Source: Camelus ferus (Eukaryota). From it: DNA of 64,000 bases. Location: positions 39,558,001 through 39,622,000 of the forward strand of contig NC_045697.1 in the NCBI RefSeq assembly GCF_009834535.1, given 5' to 3'. The position numbers and the translations under genes are program-made. Below, one piece after another: positions 25,601 through 39,870 of the stretch; the first letter of the stretch is position 1; each line of letters opens with the position of its first letter. The notes below the pieces were generated by a model. The model was not told the origin of the DNA and searched no databases. It was given only the letters and a program-made list of their open reading frames with translations.

Positions 25601-28115
25601 ACCACATTAACTGAATGAAGGATAAAAAACTATATGTTCATCTTAATAGATGCAAAGAAAGGATGTGAGAAAATTGAATATCCTTTCATGAGTAAAAGGT
25701 TACAACAAATTAGGTATAGAAGGAATGAACCCCAACTTAATAAAGGCCATATGTAGTAAGCCATAGCTACATATAATCACTGATGAAGGGCTAAACCCTT
25801 TTCCTCTGAGATGAGGAATAAGACAAGTGAGCCCATTCTCACTGCTTCTTTTCAACGTAGTACTGGAAGTTCCAGCAGAGCAATGAGGCAAGAAAAAGAA
25901 ATTAAAGGCATCCAAATTGGAAAGGAAGAGGTAAAATGGTTTCCGTTTTCAGATGCTATGATCTTCTATGTAGAAAACTCTACACTCCACCAAATAAATT
26001 TGGAATCAGTTTGACCAAAAATTTGAAAGAGCTGAAAACTATAAGACATTGAAAAAACAAATTAAAGATGACACAACTAAATGGAAAGATAACCTGTGTT
26101 CATGGATTGAAAGAATTAATATTGTTAAAATGTTTATACTCGTCAAAGAGATCTACAGATTTGATATAGTTACTATCAAAATTCCAATGGCATTTTTTTT
26201 GTAGATAGAAAAGTCCTAAAATTCATTTGGAACCACAAAAGACCCCAGATAGCTAAAACAATCTTAAGAAAGAAGAGCGAAGCTAGAGGCATCACACTTC
26301 CTGATTTTAAACTGTGTTACAAAGCAATAGTAATCAAAACAGTATGCTTTTGATATGAAAACAGACACATACCAATGGACCAGCATAGAGAGCCCAGAAG
26401 TAAACGTAAGCATATACGGTCAACTAATCTTTGACAAGGATGTCAATAATACAGTACATTGGGAAAGGATAGTCTCTTTAGTAAATGATGTTGGGAAAAC
26501 TGGATATCCACATGCAGAAGAAGGAAACCAGACTCCTTTTATACCACAAGTAAAATTAGCTCAAAATGGATTAAAGACCTAAATGTAAGACATGAAGTTT
26601 TAAAACCGTTAGAGGAAAACGTTGAGGAAAAGCTCCTTGACCTTGGTCTTGGCAATGATCTTTATTTATATGACACTAAAGGCACAGGCAATGAAAACAA
26701 AAATTAGCAACTGGGCCTACAACAAACTGAAAAGCTCCTACACAACCAAAGAAACCATCAACAAAATGAAAAGGTAAACCATGGAGAAAATACTTGCAAC
26801 CTATATACCTGATAAGGAGTTAGTTTCCAAACTATGTAAGAAACTCTTACAACTCAGTAGCAAAAAGCAAATAACCCAATTAAATTGGGCAAAGGACTTG
26901 AATAGGCATTTTTCAATGAATACATAGGAATGGCAGCCAGTATATGAAAAGGTACTGAACATCACTAATCATCAGGGAAATGCAATTTCAAACCAAAACC
27001 ACAATGGGATATTACCTCACACCTGTTAGGGATGTCTGTCATCAAAGACTAGAGATAACAAGCATTGGTGAGGATGTGGAGGAAAGGGAACCCTTGTGCA
27101 TTGATGGTGGGAATGTAAATTGGCATAGCCACTATGGAAAATAGTGTCATGCATCCTCAAAAAAAAAAAAAAAGATTCTAAAAATAAGGCCAGAATTACC
27201 CTGGCCTGTTTGTACGTGTGCATGTATGTGTATCTGAATCACTTTACTATAAAGTAACACAACATTGTAAATCAACTATACTTCAATTAGATAGATGAAA
27301 GGAAGGAAGAAGGGAGGGAAGGGAGGGAGGAAGCAAGGAAGCAAGGAAGGAAGCAAGGAAGCAAGGAAGGAAGGAAGGAAGGAAAAGAATTACCAGGTGA
27401 TCTAGCAATCCCACTTCTGAGTTTATATCCAAAGGAAATGAAATCAGTATCTCTAATAGATATATGCACTCCCTTGTTCACTGTAGCATTATTTATAGTA
27501 GCCAAGACAAGATATAGAACCACCTAAGTGTCTGACAGTGGATGAATGGATAAATAAAACATGGTATAAATAATATTCCATTGTGTGTATATACATTTCT
27601 TGTACGTTTCTTGTGTGTATATACACATACACACACACAAAGGAAATCCTTCCACTTGAGACAACTTGGATGGACCTGGCAGACATTATGCTAAGTGCAA
27701 TAAGTCAGACACAGAAAGACAGATAATGTGTGATTTCACTTATATGTGAAATGTAAAAAAGTTGAACTCATAAAAGCAGAGAGTAGAACAGTGTTTGCCA
27801 GGGATTTGAGGTGTTGAGGAAAAGGAGAGATGTTGGTCGAAGAGTAAAAATTTTCAGTTACAGGATGAGTAAGTTCTGGGGACCTAATGTTCTGCATGAT
27901 GACTATAGGTAACAGTACTGTGCTGTATACTTAAATTTTGCTAAGAAAGTTGATCTTAATTGGTCTCACCAGAAAAAAAAAACTGTGCCTGTGAGATGAT
28001 GGAGGTATTAATTTGCCTGATTATGATAATCATTTTACAATGTATACATGTATCAAATCATCACATTAAATATATATGATTTGTATTTGTCCATTATCCC
28101 TCAGTAATGCTGGTA
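22672..28115 (+). mobile_element. Near full-span degraded LINE-1 (L1MA-like): 5'UTR stub, ORF1, ORF2, 3'UTR
   Basis: ORF1-like fragments (MAENFLNLKRDMDIQEHEAQRTP), ORF2-like fragments ([28 protein letters not shown] region), and a 3'UTR ending ttatccctcagtaatgctgg. Many stops and frameshifts. Confidence 0.93.
27201..27385 (+). mobile_element. Short younger L1 3' tail with (GGAA)n-type tail, nested in the older L1
   Basis: acacaacattgtaaatcaactatacttcaatt followed by GGAA/GCAA repeats. TSD agaattacc at 27192-27200 and 27386-27394. Confidence 0.75.
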
Positions 28116-30464
28116 AAGTTATAATAACCCTACATGTAACGTTTTTGTCTGTATCACAGTTTTGTCAGGTAATCCTGTAAAGATTTCCAGATCTGAAAAG
28201 TAATGTTGGGCAAAGAAACTATGATTCTGAAAAAGTTATTCATTTCACAGATATTTATTGAGTTAGGTGAATTATCCAACATCACATAGTTAGTTGACAG
28301 GCTGAGATTAATATATGTCTTCTGATATTTTACAGTTATTTCTTGCCAATCCTCTACCTTGACTTACTTCACCCTTTCATGTCCTTATACTTCTCTCTTC
28401 AACCTGACTGTGAATTCCTGAAGTAGAGGGACTGTGTCTTATGTGGGTTTTGTTGGGTTTTTGGTTTTTTTTTTGCATCCATTACAGTACCTAGTAGGCA
28501 TATACTTAGCTGTTACTGCCATAGTTGTTATTCTTGTGACATTATTACATGTGCTCAAGTTTGAATTTAGATTCTAGTCTTCATCTCAGCTGACCTAAAC
28601 CTTTCAGAGGTTGAGGTCTGATTCAAAATAGTAGAACTTTAATGTGTCAATTCTGTTTCTTGTGGTCCTTGGAAAGTGCTTACCCAAGGGATCCCTGTAC
28701 AGCCTGCCCTTGGAGATGCCACAGAGTCCCCCCAGCTGTGCCCTCTCATCATCCCTACTTAATCTGTACCATCTCCTCACGAGGGCTCTGGCCCAATGTT
28801 GCATTTCTATCAGTAATGTGCTGTTTATTCATGTAGGAGAAATCCAATGCTTTATGAGGCTCATAACATCTCCGTGCGACTCCCCACCCTTGTGGCAGAA
28901 AGTGTGTGTTGTGATGTTTGCCAAACAACACTTCATGTTTCAGTCACATGTTACAATGGTACATTTCATAAGATTCAGGCTTCCAAAGATATAAATAATG
29001 AATCAGTGTTCAGCAGTATTAACCATACCCATTGTCCTTCAAGATATCTAATCTATTAACTCTGGCTATTAAATACGACTTTCCTCACTTCTGAAGCCCG
29101 GCCAACAACAGAAAGCAGTCATAATTATCCTGTGTTTGTACTTCATAAAGGGCACGCCAGTTACTTCCTGAGCATGTGTTTGTTTCCTATAGTGTTTCAC
29201 TCTCTGTTGCTTGGGGGAAAGTTTCAGACTTTTTAACTGGCTGGTGAAGCTGAAATGAAGTTAGGATTCTTGGCTACAGGACTTATTAACCATATCATGT
29301 ACAATATAATTTGAAAAGTGACCCAATATAAATGTGCTGCTGAAGCTGCAAGCTTTCCTGCAGCCACTCCCCTGTAAGGGAAGGAGAGTGTAAAACCGCT
29401 TTGGGGAAAGCAGAGAGGTGAGCCTGACCACACCGTTCACCTACGGAGCTGCCATTTTCTGAGCTGTGCCCACTCTCTGGCCTTCATAACGGAGATTCAT
29501 AGAAAAGAACACTTGAAAAAGTCCCCAAGGTCCCAGACTGGATTAGAAAAAATATCCAACTCTACTTCCACAGATAGTTTTCTAATCTGTTCTTAACCAC
29601 CAGTAGCTCCCATGATAAATACTCCAAGGTCATCTTAGGTAAATTATTTCCTATAAGCTGAGTAATTATTAAATATACTTTCCTATGTTTGATTTCAATC
29701 TCCTTTTATTCCTGTAATTTAAAATGAGAATCTCTGATATTTCTCTAATTATTTTGATTTTTAAAAAAACAAATAGTTTACCCATTCACCAAGATCTGCC
29801 ATTTGGTGCAATTGCTCTATTCAAATTTTGGCATTTCACTGGAATGCAAATTTAATTTTAATTTTTTCTCTAAATTCTTTGGTAATGAGTGGTTGGTGAA
29901 AGAGGAGGTAAGTAACGGTAAAGAAACTTCCTATCATGTTTGCAGATCATTTCTAGTGGCATGTAAATCACCAGAGTATATCTGGACTGCTGTGGACTTA
30001 CCTGAATTTATTTTAATAATTCAAAGTCAACAAACTCTTATTGGACACGTTCTTTGTACTGCACGTGTTGCACTGGGCTCTGAGAAGTCCAGGGGAACTA
30101 AGGCTTGGTCTCTAATGTTTAGGGGTCTTCCAGTCCATTAAATGAGACAAACTTATGTGTAGTTAACAATCATATAAAATGCAGGAAGTTAAGAGTGGCA
30201 CATAGATGTTCCATAAAAGCAAAGAGGGCTAATCAATGAGTAAATTTCAAGTCATTCAAGGCCTTTAAAAAATCTGGCTCCTCCTATCTTCCTGGCTTTT
30301 TCTTCCACAGGTTTTCATCCTATAACCAGGGTACATTGCAACCACACTGTTCAGATATCCCTCTGTGTCTTCACTGACATGTTCCCATTATCTGGAATGT
30401 CCTTGTTCCACTTTGTCAGTGGTCAGTTTTCATCTTCTCTAGGAAGCTCCCACTAACTCTTGTC

Positions 30465-31500
30465 ATTTCAAATAAATGAAATCACAGAATATATATCCTT
30501 TTGGGTCTGCTGCCTTTCACTTAGCATATGTTTTGAAGATTCATCCATATCGTATTTCATTCCTTGTTATGACTGAGTAATATTCCATTGTCTATATACA
30601 TTACATTTTTTTATTGATGGACATTTGGGTTGCTTTTACTTTTGGACTATTATGAATAATGCTACTATGAACATTTATGTACAAGTCTTCCTATAGACAT
30701 ATGTTTTCTGTGCTCTTGAGTATATGCCTAAGGGTGGAATTGCTGGATCATATAGTAACTCTATGTTTAACTTTTTGAAGAACTGATGAACTGTTTATGA
30801 AAGCAGCTACTTCATTTTGCATCCCCACCAGCAATGTATGATGTTTCCAGTTTCTCCACATCCTGACCAAGACCTGTTACTGTCTTTTTTATTGTGATCA
30901 TCCTGCTTGGGTGTAGAATGGTCTCTTATTGTGGTTTTGATTTGTGTTTCCCTAATGACTGATGCTGTTGAGCATCTTTTCATGTGTTTATTAACCATCC
31001 ATATATCTTCTTTGGAGGAATGTCAATTCAAATCCTTTGTCAATTTTTCAAAATTAGATTATTTGTCATTTTATTATTCAGTTAGAAGAGTTCTTTATAT
31101 ATTCTGGTTACTAACTATCAGATACATGATTTCCAAATATTTTCTCATTCTGTGGGTTGTCTTTTTACTTTTTTGATAATGTCATTTGAAGCACAAAAGT
31201 TTTATTTTTATGAAGTCCAATTAATCTGGGTTTTTTGTTTATGACTTTATATCCTATCTAAGAAACCATTGTCTGATCCAGGGTCATGAAGATTTACATC
31301 TATGTTTTCTTCTAAGAGCTTTATAGTTTCGCTCTCCTATTTAGGTATTTCATCCATTTTGAGTTAATTTTTATATATGCTGTGAGGTAAAGATCCAACT
31401 TAATTCTTTTGCATATGGATATTCACTTGTCCCAGCACCATTTGCTGGAAAGACTATTCTTTTCCCATCGAACTGTCTTTTTGGTTGCCTCATCAAACAT
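30465..31500 (-). mobile_element. LINE-1 3' portion, antisense
   Basis: Minus-strand ORF 30807-30998 ([21 protein letters not shown]) is L1 ORF2-like. Confidence 0.88.
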
Positions 31501-31749
31501 CTGAGTTTGATTTTAGAAAAAAACCCAAAGCAAAGCATCTTAGCTGTTCTCTCATCACCTTTGTTTTCTAAAAACAGGAACTTCAGTTTAGTAGAGAAAT
31601 AAGCATGGCTTAGATTTATAAAATATGACAGCACAATGCAAAGATTTTATCCAGTTTCACACAGCAGTCAGGGAAGACCGCTGTCATCCTCCTGCTTCCC
31701 AAAGCTACCAGAACATCCATGCTGGACCCTTACACTCCTCTGCCTTCTC

Positions 31750-32880
31750 TCCTGTCACAGTGGGTGGTCTGGGCTTGTAACTCTCTGGGGTCAGCACTCG
31801 TGCTTGTCCTCTGAACCCCATTCTCTCATACTCACTCAAGGACTAAGTTAAGATAATCACTTCCTTCCTCTATAACATCAATTTCGCCCTTCAAGATTCT
31901 TCCCATCAGCATAGAAGCACTTTATAATAGCTCTCAACATTTTTTAATCCCTCCCGAAAAACAGTATCCCTCGTCTCTTTAGAGCACACCTCTGCTAAAG
32001 GATCATACGTACTTAATGTCTTCATAGCCTTTCCTCCCATTCTTTCTTCAACCCACACACTGCTAAAATTGTTTTTGACAAGGATACCAACAGTCTCCAT
32101 CTTGCCAGATCCAAAGGTCAGTCCCATCTTACTCCATCAGCAGCATTTGACCAACTAATGATGCCACTTTGAAGCACTCTCTTCACTTTGTTTCTGTAGT
32201 ACCACACTCTCCTACTTTCGTTCTGGTCTTATTGGACACCATTTATTAGTCCTGTTTGTAAAATTTGTCTTTTCCAGAACTCTCAAGGTTGGAGCACCAC
32301 CAGGCTCAGTCCTATGACCTCTTCTCAAGCTGTGGTCAATCTTGGGTGCTTTCATCCAGGCCCACATTTTTGAATACCATTTTATTCCTGTGACCTCCAA
32401 AATCATACCTTCAGCTCCAACCTCTCCTTTGCACTGCAAATTGTTATATCTTCCTGGCAGGACAAGCTATTTAACTTTGGGGTGGCCCACCAATGCAAAG
32501 TGAAAATGTGGAGCCCTCTGTTAAAAACTATTGAGAATTTCAAGATGGCAACAGCAGAGCATTAAACCAAATATGGGGCTTTCTGAGTGTAGGTTCTGTG
32601 GAACTACACATTTCATATGACCCCGAGGCCAGCCCTGCCTATTGGCTCCCTGACAAGTACACCTGGATATTTAATGAGCATGTCATACTCAATGTATATA
32701 AAACAGAACCCCTAATTTACACTCCTGTCTAAAAAAAGACAATCCTATTTCTACCCAGGTTTTCCCCCATCTCAATAATTTGTACCATTCACCCAGTTAC
32801 TCATGCCAAGAATCTGTGATTTTTCTACTTTTTCAACCAATCCATCAACAAGTCCTTTGGGCTCTACCTTCAAAATATAT
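31750..32880 (-). mobile_element. L2 fragment interrupted by a MER45-like element
   Basis: atcagcagcatttgac, ccattcacccagttactcatgccaagaa, ctctaccttcaaaatat are L2 motifs. Confidence 0.65.
32455..32637. mobile_element. MER45-like hAT-Tip100 element
   Basis: aaaatgtggagccctctgttaaaaactattgagaatttcaagatggcaacagcagagcattaaacc...gccagccctg. Confidence 0.65.
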
Positions 32881-34629
32881 GCTCAAACATCTGGAATCTA
32901 AACTTTCACAGTCTTGAATTATCATTTCACAGGTAATTTTTCATTAAAAAGAAAAAAGGTTTTTTTTACAATGGAGAAACCTAGAAATCACTACTTAAAC
33001 CAAATGATTAAACTTATCATCATGGATAAAAATATGATAAGCATAAAATTTTTTTGAGGATTAGAAATGACCCAGAAATATGTTCCTGATTATTAAATGA
33101 AAATGTTGTAAAATAGTACACACTGCATAATCCTGTGTTTTTTATTGTGGTAAAATGTACTTAACAGAAGATTTACCATTTCAGTCATTTTTAAGTATAT
33201 GGTTCAGTGACATTAAGTACCTTCTTATTGTACCATCTTTGTATATAATTATATACATTATATATAAATAGAAAAAATGGAAGAATATATAATCATACTG
33301 ATAGTAACACTAGTTTTGTAAGTGATGGGATCGTGTTTGACTTTTACATTCTTCTTTGTATTTTCTAGATTTTCTATGTGAGCGTAGATTGTATAATTTG
33401 TAATAAGAAAAAGCTTTTTGTTGTCTTTTAAATAAAGGATGACAAATGCTTCAAGGAAGACGCAGTAATTGTCAGATTTAGAGAAATCACGTCGAGTGGT
33501 AACTGAACTGCTTTCGGACTTGACAATTATGGCTTTACTCATTCAAGAGGATAAAATCCCCTGAATGGGAAATCAGAAAGGGCAGCATATGAGAAGCCCA
33601 GAGAGACTAAGTTTTGCCTGGGTGAGTGGGAATGGGGTCAGGAGGGGGAGATCTCTGCTAGGAGAAATGCCTGAACAGAAAAAAACGGGGAAAGTAGAGC
33701 ACAACAGTGGGCAGGCGCAGTTCAGCCTGCCTGGAGCCCCAGTGCATGTGAAGGAGAGAGCAATAATGTGTGCGGATATGGAGGAGTAGAAGGGCCCTGC
33801 TGTGTGTGTGTAGAGAATTTGGGCTTTACTTTGTTAAGCTCTGAAGAGCAACCAGAGCTTTTTGACAAAGCAGTGTTTGGGGAAGATCTGTTCCGTACAA
33901 TCTGGACTTACGGTAGGAAAGACCAAACTCAGTAAAACCTATTATGAGAGATGTTCTCAGAGTTGAAGTAATAAAAGTTTTAATTGAAGGGAGGGATGAG
34001 GGAAATAGAAAAATGTAGGTGGTGGTAGTGAACTCAGGTAGAATGAGAGAGGCAATATTCTCTCATTTAAACCGCCTTAGTAACAGAGTATCCATTTTAT
34101 GATGGCTTAGTTCGGCCAAATTCTATACCATTTATCTGTTTCATATAGAGCGATTTGAAGTCTAGGATGATGTTATTTTCAAAAGCACTCATATTTGTTC
34201 AAGGATGTTTCACTAGGTTGTTTCCAGACTCTTCAGATTGGATTGATTTATATTTCAGAGTTATCTTCCTGAAGTAATAGTTTCAAAAGTTGTTATGGAA
34301 TCATGATTCAATTTTCAAAGCATTTTTTAATCTATTTAAATAATAAATTGCATTGCCTTTTGAGGGGGGGACCACTGGTTTTATTAATTATGTATTTATT
34401 TATAAGTTCAGTTTATTTCTTAACTTACTTGAAATTTCTTTGTCCAACTGGTATACCTCTTCACTAAAATTCAATGAGAAAAACCTTTTTGGATTCATTA
34501 TGATTTCTAAGAACGCTCTAGATATGAATAGCACTTAAAAGAGAAGATATAACACATGCTCAGCTATAATGCAATGGGTCCAATTCTCTGAGACATTGAA
34601 TTTAAAAGTTTTTTTCTAATCAGATCATT

Positions 34630-35420
34630 CTTTTTTATTATTGAAGTAGAGCTGATTTACAGCATTGTGTTAGTTTCTGGTCTGTATATCAGAAACATAG
34701 TGATTCAGTTATACATATATATATATTCTTTTTCATTATTGGTTATTACAAGCTTTTGAATTCAGTTCCCTATGCTATACAGTAGGACCTTGTTGTTTAT
34801 CTATTTTATATGTAGTAGTTTGTATCTGCTAATCCCAAACTCCTAATTTATCCCTCTTCCTCCTTTTTTCTCTTTGATAACCATAATTTTGTTTATTTCT
34901 GTGAATGACATTTGTGTCATTTTTTTAGGGTCCACATGTAAGTGATATCATATGATATTTGTCTTTAACTGACTTACTTCACTTAGTATGATAATCTCTG
35001 GGTTCATCCATGTTACTGCAAGTGGCATTATTTCATTATTTTTTATGGTTGAATAGTATTCCATTGTATAAATATACCACATCTTCTTTATCCAGTCATC
35101 TGTTGATGGACATTTAGGTTCTTCATGTCTTGGCTATTGTAAATAGTGTTGCTATGAACATTGGAGTGCATGTATCTTTTCAAATTAGAGTTTTCTCCAG
35201 TTTTATGCCCAGGAGTAAGATTGCTGAATCATATGGTAAGTCTATTTTTAGTTTTTGAGGAATCTCCATACTGTTTTCCATAACGGCTACACCAAACTAC
35301 ATTCCCACCAACAGTATAGGAGGGTCTCTTTTCTCCACACTCTCTCTAGCATTTATTGTTTATGGACTTTTTAATGGTGACCATTCTGACCAGTATGAGG
35401 TGATACTTCATTGTTTTGTA
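34630..35420 (-). mobile_element. Relatively young 5'-truncated LINE-1, antisense, with TSD
   Basis: L1 3'UTR (ctatacagtaggaccttgttgtttatctattttata). Flanking aatcagatcatt (34618-34629) and aatcaaatcatt (35421-35432). Confidence 0.9.
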
Positions 35421-35479
35421 AATCAAATCATTTAAAATGCTCTAGAGATGTTGGAGATTTAAGGCACACCTACTGTGAT

Positions 35480-35805
35480 TTTTTAAAATTTTTGTTAATT
35501 GAGGTATAGTTGATTACAACATTGTACTAGTTTCAGATGTACAACATAGCAATTCAAGATTTTTATAGATTATATTCCACTTAAAGTTATTGTAAAATAG
35601 TGGCTATGTTCTCTGTGCTGTATACAGTATATTCTTGTAGCTTAATTTATGCATAGCAGTTTGTGTCTCTTAACCTCCTACCGCATCTTGCCCCTCCCTC
35701 CTTACCTCATCCCAATGGTGACCATTAATTTGTTCTCTATATCTGTGAGGTGTTTCTGTTTTGTTATATTAATTTGTTTTATTTGTTTTATTTGTTTGTT
35801 TTTTA
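35480..35805 (-). mobile_element. LINE-1 3'UTR fragment, antisense
   Basis: gaggtatagttgattacaacattgtactagtttcagatgtacaacatag...ggtgaccattaatttgttctctatatctgtgag. Confidence 0.8.
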
Positions 35806-37513
35806 GTGTGACCTGTTCTTGGTAATACAAATAATCACTATTTCCTCTTATTTTCCCCTTCTTAGTGTATTTTCACTTATTTACTCATTGGGTTAGTTCA
35901 AAGCAAAGCAGGCCACATTGTTTTAAAGTAAATAAATTTTCCTAGCCAGTGTAGCAACAGTGAGAGATTTGGTGTTCATGCCCAGTGTTTCATGTCTTGG
36001 AAATACGAAGAGTTTTTGAAGAGTTTGTCTTGTGTTTTAGGGATACAGAATCAGTTATGATTACCAGTCGGTTACCATATCACACTAAACAATTTTGACA
36101 TTTCTCTAAGGAAACCCTACTGAAGCCTGTTTCTCCTCTGCCAGGAAATATCGTTTAACAGGGTGAAAGGTCACTGGGACAGTCTTAAGGCAGCTGATCT
36201 CAGGTGTGGTAGCAGCTGTTGTGTGGGACATGACTTATTTTGTGAGAACAGAAACACTATTATCTGGACTCCCAAGGGAGGTTTAGAGAAAGTCATGCCC
36301 AGGGAGTCCCATTCCAGGAAAATGTGCTCGAGCACTTATTTATTGGCAGTGATCACTAACTGAGATTCCATCTGGCAAAAATGTGGATTTTTCCCCGTCC
36401 CAGAAAGTTGGAGAACAATTATGTAAGTTGTCTCATAGAATTTATTTTTAACCACTTTTTATGAAGAAATTGCAGTCCCTTAATTATTAGAAGAAATTCA
36501 CTTTTTTTAAGAAAAAATAGAGCATCTGTATGAATTTGTATTTCACTGTATATTTACGTACCATAAATTATAATTTATTTCTTTATTTAATTTTTATTTT
36601 TTATATAATTTTTAAAGGTTATATTCCATTCACAGTTTTTTATAAGATATTGGCTATATTCCCCACAAGCAGGTATGTATTATAATTACTTGTCTTTTGA
36701 TAAGAAATCGTTACTCAGTCTTTCTGGTGAATGTTTTGACATTTATATTGGGAAGGCTGGAACCGGTTGGTCAAATCCAAGTGTCAGTGGAGTGGAGAGA
36801 AGCCTGAGACGTACCTCTCCTGCTGTGGGCGCCTGTCTGCCTTGCCCCACTGTGTGCAGCCTTTTCCTCTGCTCCATGGCAGCTCCACGAGATTTTAAAA
36901 CCTGAGTAGGAGAACCCTGTGAGCCTTTGAAGAGTCCACTAAGGCTGATCAGATACATTGAAATCACCCCATGCACAGTTTTAAAAGCAATTAGAATTAA
37001 AGAGGTGTGTCTTCAGAAAAATAATTATATAATATCCATCCCCAAGGGATTTTTCCCCCCCAGCAATCTTCTAATAAAGATTAAATAAGTCTCGGAAATA
37101 AGTGAGGAAACATTTTAATTATGTTCATTAGTTATTTTTTACCTCTACCTTATGTAAAGCAAGTGTATTTGTTTCTGCTGTTACTAAAGAAAAACAGTTT
37201 AACTAGAAATTCCTTATTCCTCTGAGCATGAACCTGTTCTGAATGCCACTGGTTTGCTTCCTCACATAAATCTTATATGAGGTTTTATACTCGTTCTTTG
37301 AGTTAAGAAATACTATAGAGTTTTTTTTTTTACATAAAAACAACTGACAGTCTTCCTGTCATTTCCATATATTAATTTCTTAGTAAGAGGAATACAATTA
37401 AGAATACAATTTAAAACTTTGATTTTCCATCTTTTTTTCTTTCTTCCTCTTTCCCTCTGCACTGTGTAAACCACTTCCTTTCCCCACTGCAGCTACAGCT
37501 GGCTTCTACCATT

Positions 37514-37517
37514 ACAC

Positions 37518-37573
<56 letters not shown>
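37514..37573. repeat. (CA)n microsatellite
   Basis: Long CA run read directly from the sequence. Confidence 0.97.
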
Positions 37574-37576
<3 letters not shown>

Positions 37577-38864
37577 CCTTAAGAGCAGCAGAAGAGGTTT
37601 GTTCTTATCCACAGTATGTCTTTGGTTCAGACAGCCATTATAAGGCTGTATAGGCCTTATTTACTATACATGCAGTCATCTGAATATAAGCCTCAGACCG
37701 AAAGAAAGGATTCTCTATTTCCTAAAGCCAGTTGATAATGTGTATTATCAGTGAGTAAGTATGATACTGCGTAATCGCGAAAAGCTTTTGTATGATGGAG
37801 ATGCTATGGCATTCCAATGCTGGCTTCATGTCAGTCACTTATGAGCTGAGTGCTCAAGTTAATTAGCTTCATTTCCACATCTATTAGAATAAGGACAGCC
37901 TAGCCTCTCAGTAAAGTCTGGTTGCCTTATATATTCCACCGCTTCGCTTCCTTCTCCCCCTCCTCTTATTTTTGATATTTTTTGTTGATGATAATGATAT
38001 CCTCTGATGAGGCCTGAAATTCACTCGTGTTCTAACACAGATTGCCAGAGAGCAAGTTTAATCAGGACCCATGCAGCAATACCAGAATATCTAAATTATA
38101 CACTCCCTAAAAATCCTGGCTTCATAATTATGAAAACCCCTATCAGATTGAGCCATCACCATTTATGAATACTATGTGAGTGTCTTGTGGGAGGTATTGC
38201 TCCTTAGTGCAGTTTTTAAAGATTGACAAAAATATGAGGAAGAAACCTTGCCTGAGAAGCACCTTATGACCAAACTTGTAAGACAGAAATTATTTTAATA
38301 TATCATTTTGTCTCAGGAAACAAATCAATCTGCTATTAAAACAGTATATGAAAACAAATTAGTGTGGCCACGAAATGTTCTTGGTTCTTCGGTTGCTTCA
38401 AATTGATGTTGAAATTAAAACAAATGAAGCCACATCATTTTTGGAGCAATTGTTGCTCTTGATAGCACAAGTGCAAACACACATTATTACCAAACTCTTG
38501 GAATCTGCTAAAGAAGTTATGTAAGAAAATTAGAAGTCTGCAAGCCAGCTGAAGTGTAGAAAAGGAAACAGACAACCGAGGAGAAATAATGTAAAATGCT
38601 TAAAGGATTTGGAAAGTTTTGGATAGAACCTTACTTTGTACAACTCTGTGATTGCACATCAGCGTGTAACCCCGGCGGTTTCTTTCTTTAGTCAGGTGTT
38701 GGTTATCACTATCCTTCATTTGAACCTATAGGAGGCGTCTGCTTTATCTTAAGTGTAGGCCTACAAGGGGAAATGTTAAAAAGTAGGTAGCAATATTTCT
38801 TGATAAGTTAAAGTCTAATCAAAGGAGCTATATATCAGTCTCTGGTGAAGAGTGTTTGATCTGT

Positions 38865-39480
38865 CAGTTCATTCATTCAGCCCATACTGAGTGTTCTGTT
38901 TAATGACTGCAGTGAAGATAGAGCTTTGTCCTGGAGAGCTAACAGTCCAATAGGGAGATAATATGTAGATTCAGATACTAATAAAACTATGTGGGGAAAA
39001 AAGGAGAGACATCATAAGAGATGCAAAGGACTGTATGAGTTAAAAGGGGCAAAAGATTTGTTCCATTGGCCTAAACCTGAGTATGCACAGCATTTTGCCA
39101 GGAGGAGATGGAGTGGGAAAATATTCCAGACAGAGGGAATAGTACGATCAAACGTTTGGGGTAGAGAAGCCCAGAGCAGATTTGAAGACAGTGTCCAGGT
39201 CCCTCTGGAGTGGTTTCCTTAGGAGATCTAAGCAGTTGAGTTAAACCGGAAGGGTAAATTGGGGTTCATCGGTGGAGGGTCTTCATCATCATCATATTAA
39301 AAGAATTGGGGTTCATTGAAGAGGTAGTTGGGAGCTTTTGAAGCTTTTGAGAAGAGGAGTGAGTGAGCAGATCACCATCACAGTAGGAAATTCACTCTAA
39401 TAGTGAAATGGATGCTTTGGAGAAAGGGTGAATGGAAGCAGAAAGATCACTTTGAAGGTTATCATGATACTGCCAAAGAC
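38865..39480 (+). mobile_element. L2 fragment
   Basis: ttcattcattcagcc...ctggagagctaacagtccaatagggaga...attaaaagaattggggttcatt. Confidence 0.55.
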
Positions 39481-39679
39481 CAAACATTGGCAAATGGACT
39501 GACGAAACAGACCTGACAGGACAATCAACAGATTTGGTTCAGGAAAGGGAGGAGTAAAGATGACTCATGCTTTGAATGTGATTCATAAAGAGAAGAATAT
39601 CGTCATTAACAAGAGGGGCCAGGAGGAGGAGAATTGGAGGAATCAGATCACATAAGGCTTTGAACATGTTGATTAGGGG

Positions 39680-39870
39680 GATAATATTACTAATTATTGA
39701 GCACTTATTTGCCAGGCACTGTTCTACATGTTTTACACGCATGATCTCATTTATTCCTCAGAGCAGCTTCAGAGCTTTTAAACCACTGGTCCAAGTTTAC
39801 ACAGCCTGTCTGCGGTAGAGTCGGGATCCAGTCCCTTGGAGCATAATTCCAGAGCGCAGTTTATTAAGCC
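39680..39870 (-). mobile_element. MIR SINE
   Basis: aattattgagcacttatttgccaggcactgttctacatgttttacacgcatgatctcatttattcctca. Confidence 0.75.

Noticed and set aside
22672..28115. Possible active L1 / reverse transcriptase
   Set aside because: ORFs are broken by many stops, frameshifts and deletions.
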